A DNA stretch of 64,000 nucleotides from Octopus vulgaris. Taxonomy: Eukaryota. Both the position numbers and the translations under genes were made by a program. Shown piece by piece: positions 53,180 through 64,000 of this stretch (position 1 is its first letter; each line of letters opens with the position of its first letter). The stretch is from contig OX597815.1 of assembly GCA_951406725.2 (NCBI GenBank), positions 11,780,001-11,844,000 on the forward strand, read 5' to 3'. The notes under the pieces are model-generated. The model searched no databases and had not been told where the DNA came from. It was given only the letters and a program-made list of their open reading frames with translations.

Positions 53180-53945
53180 GGTTTCAGTCATTTGACTGTT
53201 GCCATGCTGCAGCACCGACTTGAAGGGATTTAGTCGAACTAATCGACCCCAGGACTTATTCTTTGTAAGCCTAGTACTTATTATTTCGGTTTATATGACG
53301 AACCACTAAGTTACGGGAACATAAATACACCAACCCCGTTTATCAAGCGATGGAGGGGAGCCAAACACAGACACAGACACGCATAAATATATATATATAC
53401 AACAGGCTTCTTTCAGTTTCTGTTTACCAAATCCACTCAAAAGTCTTTTGTCGGCCCGTGGGTATAGTAGAAGACAGTTGTGGAGGCGCAATGGTCCAGT
53501 GGTTAGAGCAGCGGACTCGCGGTCGTAGAATCGTGGTTTCGATTCCCAGACCGGGCTTTGTGAGTGTTTATTGAGCGAAAACACCTAAAAGCTCCACGAG
53601 GCTCGGCCAGGGATGGTGGTGATCCCTGCTGTACTCTTTCACCACAACTTTCTCTCACTATTACTTCCTGTTTCTGTTGTACCTGTATTTCAAAGGGCCG
53701 GCCTTGTCACTCTCTGTGTCACGCTGAATCTCCCCGAGAACTACGTTAAGGGTACACGTGTCTGTGGAGTGCTCAGCCACTTACACGTTAATTTCACGAG
53801 CAGGCTGTTCCGTTGATTCGGATCAACCGGAACCCTCGTCGTCGTAACCGACGGAGTGCTTCCATCCAGGAGACAGTTACCTAAGGTGCCACTCAGTGGG
53901 ACTGAACACGGTACCATGCAGTTTGGATGCAAGCTTCTTACCACA
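53180..53945 (-). mobile_element. Older SINE family A interrupted by a family C SINE
   Basis: Family A sequence continues on both sides of 53480-53870. Confidence 0.85.
53480..53870 (+). mobile_element. tRNA-derived SINE family C, full length
   Basis: GTGGAGGCGCAATGGTCCAGTGGTTAG head, GTTTCGATTCCC B-box; 8-bp TSD AGACAGTT at 53472-53479 and 53871-53878. Confidence 0.93.
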
Positions 53946-54230
53946 TTTATGTATTTACATGAACACACAGTAGTTACAGTAGTTACAGAGGCAAGATGAT
54001 TCTAGAAAATATATAATGTTATTCATAATTGTAAAAACTATTAGATACGTTTCTATATATTTTAGTGATATAAAAATTCATGAAAATGTTAGGTCACAAA
54101 TTGTTGTTAACATACAACAATAAATAAGTGATTATCGTCGTCATCATCGTCGTCATCACCTCTGTCATCATGAACAACTGCAACGAGAGCATAACGTTAT
54201 ATATAATGCATGTATATATATATATATATA

Positions 54231-54582
54231 GGCGCAGGAGTGGCTGTGTGGTAAGTAGCTTGCTAATCAACCACATGGTTCCGGGTTCAGTCCCACTGCG
54301 TGGCATCTTGGGCAAGTGTCTTCTGCTATAGCCTCGGGCCGACCAAAACCTTGTGAGTGGATTTGGTAGACGGAAACTGAAAGAAGCCCGTCGTATATAT
54401 GTATATATATATATATGTGTGTGTATGTGTTTGTCCCCCTAGCATTGCTTGACAACCGATGCTGGAGTGTTTACGTCACCTAGCGGTTCGGCAAAAGAGA
54501 CCGATAGAATAAGTACTGGCGGTGCTCCAGCATGGCCGCAGTCAAATGACTGAAACAAGTAAAAGAGTAAAAGAGTAAAGAG
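54231..54582 (+). mobile_element. SINE family A (young, internal deletion in 3' half)
   Basis: Consensus match; TATATAATGCATGTATATATATA duplicated on both flanks. Confidence 0.93.
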
Positions 54583-55039
54583 TATATAATGCATGTATAT
54601 ATATAATGTTATATATAATGTAACTCACCGACTTTATATTTATTCGTTCCATGTTTGAAGGACATTTTATATAGTGTAAAACGTCAATTTTATATTTCAT
54701 AATTCCCTTTTAAATGCTGCTACTTTGCAAGGTTAATGCATTTACGAAGGTCACTCCTGTTAAAACTGTTTGTCTAGCAAGTTTCGATATGTTGTTGCTA
54801 TAGGTGAAATAAACCAGAGAAATGTTTACAACGTAACGAATTATTTTTCGAATATATCAATGTGAGTTAAGACGCTAGTAAAGTGACTGTAGGAAGTAAG
54901 AAGATATGTAAAATGAAAAATATAAGAACACTAAAATGCTAAGTGTGAAAATATGCTGCGTATCCAAAATTTTAGAGTTCCAGACGTATGTACAATGTAA
55001 TACACTAAAAGATATGGGCACACTTAGATTTATGTAATA

Positions 55040-55423
55040 CTAGCAGTATCGCCCGGCGTTGCTCAGGTTTGTAAGGGAAATAACTATAAAGCATTTTTAG
55101 AGAGTTATAGCCAAAAAATAGCAAAAAAATGGAAAAAAAAATGATGGTAAATTTTTTTTGAGAGTTAAAAAGGTGGAGTTGCGTCCCCTAGACGGTCTGT
55201 GGTTTGGGTTTCTGATTCTCGACCCCATGTCGAATTTATCGACTTTTTTCAGAACTGGGGGAACTTTTCAAAATTTTCGCTGTGTTAGTTTTGAATTATG
55301 ACATTGGGCTATGTGTGTGTCAAGTTTCATCAGAATCGGTTGAAAGCCGTGGTCAGAGTGAGGGTACGAGAAAACAGACACACAGAAAACGCACAGACAA
55401 ACTGCCGTTTATATAGAGAGAGA
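55040..55423 (-). mobile_element. Non-autonomous Helitron
   Basis: Minus strand A|TCTCTCTCTATATAAAC ... GCAACGCCGGGCGATACTGCTAG|T. Confidence 0.8.
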
Positions 55424-55618
55424 TGTAATACACAAAGAAAAATGAGCACACGCACAAAATACATTTATTTATTATTCTTAGTTAAGAATATTATATTATT
55501 GACAGTCACTATGATATTTAGAGCAGACGAAACTTCGGAAAAGTGAGTGTCAATAGGATATTTGCTTAAGAGTAATATATTTGTAACCGAACATGACAAA
55601 TAATATTTATGCGCGTGT

Positions 55619-56007
55619 GGATGGAAGCACTCCGTCGGTTACGACGACGAGGGTTCCGGTTGATCCGAATCAACGGAACAGCCTGCTCGTGAAATTAACG
55701 TGTAAGTGACTGAGCACTCCACAGACACGTGTACCCTTAACGTAGTTCTCGGGGATATTCACCGTGACACAGAGAGTGACAAGGCCGGCCCTTTGAAATA
55801 CAGGTACAACAGAAACAGGAAGTAAGAGTGAGAGAAAGTTGTGGTGAAAGAGTACAGCAGGGATCACCACCATCCCCTGCCGGAGCCTCGTGGAGCTTTT
55901 AGGTGTTTTCGCTCAATAAACACTCACAACGCCCGGTCTGGGAATCGAAACTGCGATCCTATGACCGCGAGTCCGCTGCCCTAACCACTGGGTCATTGCG
56001 CTTCCAC
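55619..56007 (-). mobile_element. SINE family C, full length
   Basis: Reverse complement of 53480-53870; 12-bp TSD TTATGCGCGTGT at 55607-55618 and 56008-56019. Confidence 0.94.
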
Positions 56008-56033
56008 TTATGCGCGTGTAGGTGTATCTAAAT

Positions 56034-56215
56034 GCGGCGAGCTGGCAGAATCATTAACATGGCGGGTAAAATGTTTACGAGCATTTTCGTCCACATCACC
56101 AAAGTCGACTTTAGCCTTTGATTCCTTTGAGGGTTGATAAAATAGATAGCACTGATGTCGATTTAATCCGACCTACTTCCACGAAATTCCTGGGTTTTTG
56201 CCAAAATTTGAAACG
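56034..56215 (+). mobile_element. Degenerate SINE family D
   Basis: GCGGCGAGCTGGCAGAATC head and GTCGACTTTAGCCTTT domain. Confidence 0.7.
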
Positions 56216-56244
56216 AATATAAATATATATATATATATATATGC

Positions 56245-56331
<87 letters not shown>

Positions 56332-57211
56332 CACACATGGAATTACTTATGTAGAAAGAGATACACATATGTAAATAAAATCGTTATATATACGCACATA
56401 TTTATGAACATATAACGTATTTATCTATGTCAATATATCGTGTTTATATACAGTGTGCCCCAGAAAGATTTACCCACGTTTAAAGCTCTTCCTAAAGAAT
56501 ATCGGTTCAGGTAAAATATCATCTACATTTTACATAATCTGTTGTTTCCTTCATCTATAACAGGTTGCAAACAAATAAGTCATCGAGAGGAAAACGTGAC
56601 CAGATTGTCGCTTTGAAAATAACTGGAGTGAGCAATAATGATATGACATAACAGTTGAACATGTACTGTAAAACATATATGAAACGACATATGACTACCT
56701 CTACAAAGCTAATTCCTAGTAGGAATCGATCAATTCATATCAAACAAACTGTTGAAGCTGTGAAGAAGCGAATGAACCGAAATCCCCGCATGAGTGCAAG
56801 AAAAACTACAAAGGATCAATGCACAAGATTTTTAAAGAGAATTTAATGCTAACTGCATACAAGAAACGATCTCGGCAGTTAATTTCCCAAGAAAAAACGG
56901 CTTGACAGGGGTAAAAATAATATTAGCTGAGATGAAGCTCAGTGCGTCGCTAAAAGGGTGTTGATCTTGTCCGACGAGAAGATTTTCACAGTGGAGGCAG
57001 TTACTTACAAGCAGAATGTCAGGCTTTATACACGTAATGCATGATACCTGCCCGGAATTAACAGGAGTCATTTACACCGTCAGACGTCAGCTTCACTCAT
57101 GGGGTTGGTCACAGTTACATCTGATGGGTACAAGTCTCCTTTCATCTTCTGCGATGCTGGCATCAATGTCATCAGTGAAGTTTATGAGGGAATGTTGGAT
57201 GCAAAATTGTT

Positions 57212-58000
57212 GTTCCTTGCAAGGTTCAAACATTACCAGCGTGTATTGTGCAACGACAATTTCTCGCTAAACATTTTACTCAATACGTCTATTGTATTTC
57301 TAAAGTTAATGTCAGAAGGTTATTTCACGAGCACGTCATTGCTATAACGCTCATATCTTTCTGCTGCCAGGGTTTCGTAGAAGTAGATGCGCTTTCATAT
57401 CTTAATACCAATCTTTGCAATCTTTATTGAAGATCTGTTTATATCTTCTATAGTGGTGGAGGAGCAATGGCCCAGTGGTTAGGGCAGCGGACTCGCGATC
57501 AACCGGAACCCTCATTGTCGTAACCGACGGAGTGCTTCCCCTATATCTTCTATAGTACGCCTCGACGGTAACTCCTTCGTCTGGTTCATACATTAATTGT
57601 AGCATTTTTGCTGTAATATTAATTGCTGTTGTTTTTGTTGCAGCTTTTGCAAACCGGCCAACAATTCGTCCTTAATTTTACGATTTTGTATCCCGTAAAA
57701 TTTGCAGAAATACTTTTGTGAATTTGGTAACTCCTTGTGAGTTTGTTTAATCCTCATCGGTTTATTAATTCATCGTGAGTTTGTTAATTCCTCGACACTA
57801 CTGTTGTAATCTTCTGTCGGCCTGTTATAAAGTCCACTCTGGTATAGCAGTATAGTTAGATAGACAAGACACGACTATATCTAATGAATGTCTACTCGAC
57901 TGACACTTTTCTCGAATTCCTACTTTACGGTGTTTGTAACGACTATCACTTACCACACATCACTTAGGTGGGGTGATCCATTATTACTATTATCGCCATA
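57212..58000 (-). mobile_element. Gypsy LTR retrotransposon 5' fragment (putative LTR, PBS, K02A2.6-like gag)
   Basis: Minus strand YEPDEGVTVEAYYRRYKQIFNKDCKDW..KAHLLLR..PSDINFRNTIDVLSKMFSEKLSLHNTRW*CLNL; ..ACAACA then PBS-like TAGTGTCGAG near 57791-57803. Confidence 0.78.
57455..57541 (+). mobile_element. 87-bp internally deleted family C mini-SINE
   Basis: Family C head fused to family C tail; 15-bp TSD TATATCTTCTATAGT at 57440-57454 and 57542-57556. Confidence 0.9.
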
Positions 58001-58629
58001 AGAGTCACAGAAAACTTTGGTAACAGGTGGTGTAAAGAGCATTTCAGCGGTTTGGGAGACAAGACGATATGGCCTCGCTCATGGCCAGACATCAATCCCA
58101 CGGACTTTGCTATCTGGGCCATCTTAGAGAGTAGTGTTTCTGCTCGCTCCTGCTGAAATTTGAATAAAGCTCTTCGGTCTTCCTGGGGGTCAAGTTGAAT
58201 GAAAAAGTGGTACGACCACTCGTTTGAAGACTATGAATGAGATGAAAGGTGGCCATTTCGCAATGGAACTACAGCGATGGATTGACAATTTGCATTAGAA
58301 TGTATGTGGCAAATTGCCTTATCTTACCTTAAGTTTATTTTCAGTAATAAAGACATATCAATGAGTAAAACTTTCTGGGATACACTGTATATATGTGTGT
58401 TTGTTTGTTTGCATGTTTGTGTGTTGTGTGTGTACGTGCGTGCGTGCGAGTGTCCTCCTCTGTTTATGTAAATTTACAAAACCCACGAACGAAAACATTC
58501 GTGTTATACACACACTTGCGCGAACACATATATACACACAAAAACATACACACACACTCGCGTGCTCACGCACGCACACACACATGTGTGTGTGCGGATT
58601 TATGCATGTGTAGTCGGATATGTAGATCG

Positions 58630-58646
58630 ATAGATAAATAGATAGG

Positions 58647-58682
<36 letters not shown>

Positions 58683-58717
58683 CAGACAGCTAGATAGATA
58701 GATGGATAGATAGATAA

Positions 58718-58750
<33 letters not shown>

Positions 58751-58799
58751 GAGATGGATAGATAGATAGATAGATAAATAGACAGACACACAGACAGAC

Positions 58800-58852
<53 letters not shown>
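58630..58852. repeat. (TAGA)n/(CAGA)n microsatellite
   Basis: Direct inspection. Confidence 0.95.
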
Positions 58853-60292
58853 TGGATATATTTAATCATGTCTGTATATATTAATTGTGGGCGCATTTGT
58901 CTGTGTATGTGCATGTAAAAAAATTGAACACATTCTCTCATGTATGCTACATACAGTTGCATTCAGGCTTCATCTTTATATGAAGTACTCTTGCTAGTTC
59001 AACAGAAGCCGTTAAAAAAAATAATCTTGCAAACTAATTTCTTTTCTTTTTTTAATTGAAGACGTTCATTAGTTTCCTGTGATTACATATTTTACCATAA
59101 TCATGTGAAAGTAATTTTTTCGTCTATTCATATTCCAAATATTATATTATACACATATTTTACTGATATGCTTCAATTCAATTTTGGCTTTTTAAATTTT
59201 ATTATAGAGACAGTAAAGAACGAAGTGTAATCAATTACTAAATATATAAACACATATACGTTTTCACAATGATATAAGGAAAGATTTTCTTTGACAGTAT
59301 TCAGTATTCTTCAAGTTGAAGAAATAAAAATAAAAAGCAGAAACGTATGGATAACTTGAAATATCCCAATAGCGCCTAGGAAATCTAGAACCTTAAGTAT
59401 AACAACTACAAATAGACACTGCGGCATCTAAGATATCGATGATAAAATGTATGAGTTCTCTAAGACCGTTCAAAGTAAATAGTACAACGGTTGTCATTGA
59501 AATCACGGCAAGTTGGTGAAAATTTATATGGAGATAAGTGGAAAAAGAAAAGAAGAATATCGAAAAGAAAAAAGAGAAAAAAATGTACTCCAAGCCAAGA
59601 AAGAAAATAAGAAAGTCGGAAGTGAAAATAAATAGGTAAATATAATTAAAAACATAGCAAATACGTCTTGAGAGCTTCAGCAAAATCTACAGTATCGGGT
59701 GACTTGAATATCTGCTGTGACAATGATATTCTATAGTGATGTCGAAAAATATAAAAAATATTTTGGGATTACGAAATCATCCATCATTACGAATAAAAAA
59801 TACTTTAGTAAATTTCTGCAAAGAAGGAAAGACAATATTTGATGTTTCATTCACATATTCGAGTGATCTTCTGTTGCATTGGATTTACTGTATCTATGAG
59901 TTACGATATTGCTGTAATGAAAAACAGTAGTCGAGAAACTTTTGCTGTATTTGTTTAAAACATTATAGAAAACACAAGCCTTACACTCGTATTTATTGCA
60001 AACAGATAAATGCATTCCAGTCTTCAACTACAATTTTACATATTGCATCTCAACCGTATTTACGAATCAGGAATATCCGGATAGATATTTCAAAAACAGT
60101 CGTCTTTTCTGTACCTTCAGGCATACAGTGATGGAGAGGATATTCCCTTTTCAATAAGCGGTCTACTTCTAAACGCGCGCTTGGGGTACCTGTATTCTCA
60201 GCATGTCAGTGGGACAAGCTTTAAGAGGATTTCAAACAAAAACTCAGACCATACTGGAATGAATACTTGAATATAAAATTATATATATAAGA

Positions 60293-60705
60293 GGCGGCGA
60301 GCTGGCAGAATCGTTAGCACGTCGGGCGAAATGCTCAGCAGTATTTCGTCTGTCGCTACGTTCTGAGTTCAAATTCCGCCGAGGTCGACTTTGCCTTTCA
60401 TCCTTTCGGGGTCGATTAAATAAGTACCAGTTACGCACTGGGGTCGATATGATCGACTTAATCCGTTTGTCTGTCCTTGTTTGTCCCTTCTGTGTTTAGC
60501 CCCTTGTGGGTAGTAAAGAAATAGGTATTTCGTCTGTCGTTACGTTCTGAGTTCAAATTCCGCCGAGGTCAAATTTGCCTTTCATCCTCTCAGGGTCGAT
60601 AAATAAAGTACCAATTACGCACTGGGTCGATGTAATCGACTTAATCCCTTTGTCTGCCCTTGTCTGTCCCTCTATGTTAAGCCCCTTGTGAGTAGTAAAG
60701 AAATA
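60293..60705 (+). mobile_element. Head-to-tail dimer of SINE family D (full unit plus 5'-truncated unit)
   Basis: Unit 1 60293-60523; unit 2 starts at the internal GGTATTTCGTC at 60524. Confidence 0.9.
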
Positions 60706-62400
60706 TATACAAATATGAGTATCATACGCATAAATACTCACGCGTACAAACACAAAACAGACAGACACATAGACACCTATCTATACAATGAATGCATTAT
60801 ATAATGGTTTGGGGTATGACTCCAAATGCAGGGCAAAACTTTATAACGAATTTACAATTGTGAATTTAAAATACATGTTTTGTTCTATGACGTCATACGT
60901 AAACAAAGAAGGTGATAGAAATTATTGCATGAACACTTTTCCATAATTACATTTCTGCTTTTTTTCTGTTTATGTTGGATATAGATGTTTTTCAAATATA
61001 TTAAATCTAAGACAGACATGAAGATATATTTAGAGTTTGATATAGCCAGTAAGTCGTTTCAAAGTGATATAAATGAATGTGGACATCTTTCGAGCGACTC
61101 TCCACCGATTTTCATATTCTTTACTTTTCTCTGAAGCACTTATCGTTAGTTTTCTATTCATTGATAATATGTTCGCTATACAGATAAGATATAAAGATGC
61201 CGACATGTAAGGCTGCAGATAATGGAGCCAAAAAAAAAGAAGAAAAATATAACAAAACTATAGAGTAACATATATTTGCAACTACATTAAAACTGACACT
61301 TTTTTTTACGTTTACATTGCATATAACACAGGTAGCGGATTCAAAAAAAATCCTTTTCAAAAATAGAATGCATTTTGCTAAACTTGAAATGAATCTAATC
61401 GTTTCCAAGTCTTTAAGTGAAATGTTCCATAAATAATTACATCAGTTCATTAAAGAAATTAATTAATCAATTCTTACTTAAGAGTGAGAAAACGGAAAGG
61501 ATAAGTAGCAAAATATTTGAAGAAAAAGCAAATTAGAGTATAGTAATAACAGGAATAATAAAACGCTCTCGTCATATATCAGGAATTTAAAGGAAAACAT
61601 TCCTTCCAATAACTGATAAAGAGCAACCTTTGGTTTTTGGCCGCTGATCGCTCCTGGCTGCTTAGAAAATATTTCTATTTCGACAGCTGCATGGATATTG
61701 TAAAGCGTGTCAGTGTGAAGGAATTTAATCGGTGAAAATACGAATTAATAAGGCATTGCTAAACGCCACCATTTGGGGAACAATGGTATCTTTTGATCGA
61801 ATCTATAACGGTTTTCCGTTTTGCAATACACAAAACAAGACCGATTGTGCTTTATACTGAAGAGAGGAAAGGATATCGAACCACGTGCTTGTAGATAACG
61901 GAATAAAAAGAACACAAACAATATAGAATAGAATATTGAACTAAGTTCACTGAAAGCTCACATTAGAAATTTGTGCAGATGATAGAATGGAAATTCATTT
62001 TGTAAATACTCTAGAAAGTACTAAACTGTTATTAGATTCGAACTTCCATATTAAGCATTGTGGCTATAAATAATTGCTTTTGCCTGTGAAAGAGCAAAGT
62101 GAAATATTCCTCCTAGCAGTTGGAAAAAAGAATAATGTGCTATGCGATGGATCTGAAAAATATGTCAACATATACTTGTGCGTACTGTGTGTATGTAGGT
62201 TAGTATTAGAAGTTGCATTGCTGCGAAAGAGTATAACAAGATGGAATATAGAACACGTAATCGTACGTTATATATATATTCACACATACATGCGCACACT
62301 CACATATATCATGTATGCACATATACACACGCATATGTATATACACCCACATATATACCGTCACATCTATCTACCCATCTGTTTATCTATCTATCTATCC

Positions 62401-62460
<60 letters not shown>

Positions 62461-62879
62461 ATATATATATATATATATATATAGGTGATAATTCTTAGTT
62501 TTTATGAAATTGCAAGATCAAGTTAACTATATGCGCTTGTGTTGCTCGCGTTAGATATTTGCTACTTGCGTACACAATGTATGTGCTGAATAATCATTTG
62601 TTTTCAAGCCTGAGGCTTTAAAAGCACAACCGAAATTTAACGATAGAATCCAGGGGGAAATCAAACATAAAGATTTTCTACTGGATTCGGTTTAGTAGTA
62701 AAAATACAGTGATATATTATCTCGTGCGACATTTCAGCGAAGCTACTGTCAAATGTCAGTTCACAATACCGATATCCTATATTCGGTTAAATGGAAAAAT
62801 GAAGATGTTATCCTCATTCGCCCATGTATGGATGTGCATATATGTATGTATGTATGTAAGTATGCGTGTATGTATGTAT

Positions 62880-63478
<599 letters not shown>

Positions 63479-63558
63479 ATATTTTACTATAAAATTGGAT
63501 TTAATCCTAAATCTGATTTTTTTTCCCTGTAAATTTGGATTTATTCCCTAATATTTAT

Positions 63559-63609
<51 letters not shown>

Positions 63610-64000
63610 TACACACACATATATACATACACACACACAAACATATATACGCATAAATACATATGTGTGTTTGTGTATGTTTCTACGTACATGCCGCAAG
63701 ATGTTAGATATGTATATATATATATATATATGTGTGTGTGCATGTATACTAACTGGGACTCGTGTCGTCAAAAATGGCGGCTAATTGTAGTATTTTATAT
63801 ATAAATAAGGTACAAAACGAAGACTTTGCTTTAATAATTCTTTTATTACTAAATGATGCAACAAGCATCATTTGACTGCTTGTTTCCTTCAAAAGAATTT
63901 TCCCGTTTTCCTTCCTTCTTACTGGCAAATAAATACCCAATACACAGAACGCTGTTTGATTTTCTTTTTACCTTTGAATGTTCACCATCCCACTTCTATT

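Larger units (their letters stand above)
56451..58387 (+). mobile_element. Decayed Tc1/mariner-superfamily transposon (maT/DD37D-like) with both TIRs
   Basis: TA-flanked TIRs CAGTGTGCCCCAGAAAGATTTACCCA and (reverse complement) CAGTGTATCCCAGAAAGTTTTACTCA; LILSDEKIFTVEAVTYKQN, VTSDGYKSPFIF, WPRSWPDINPTDFAIWAILES. Confidence 0.88.

Noticed and set aside
61560-62240. Unique-looking sequence and the start of the 136-aa ORF at 62074
   Set aside because: No recognisable domain; the ORF's length comes from the downstream microsatellite

Overview
AT-rich, repeat-saturated animal genomic DNA, intronic or intergenic. The SINE families resemble those I recall from octopus genomes, so a coleoid cephalopod is likely but not proven. 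I find no intact host protein-coding gene; nearly all listed ORFs are microsatellite or SINE artefacts. Contents: four tRNA-headed SINE families (labelled A-D here) that exchange modules; decayed non-LTR retrotransposons (R4/Dong-type, two RTE pieces, one CR1/L2-type, one Penelope GIY-YIG remnant); Tc1/mariner relics, one holding a Gypsy gag/LTR fragment that itself holds an 87-bp mini-SINE; non-autonomous Helitrons; fold-back elements; and many microsatellites. The most interesting signal is a set of short (TA)n-associated elements carrying minimal type I hammerhead-ribozyme folds with non-canonical cores, plus variants with a long stem II, probably derived from Penelope pseudo-LTRs or retrozymes. 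Also notable: an RTE LINE with twin-priming 5' inversion geometry and several closely spaced inverted repeats that could form dsRNA. All alignments and translations were done by eye; boundaries are approximate unless a TSD or TIR is quoted.
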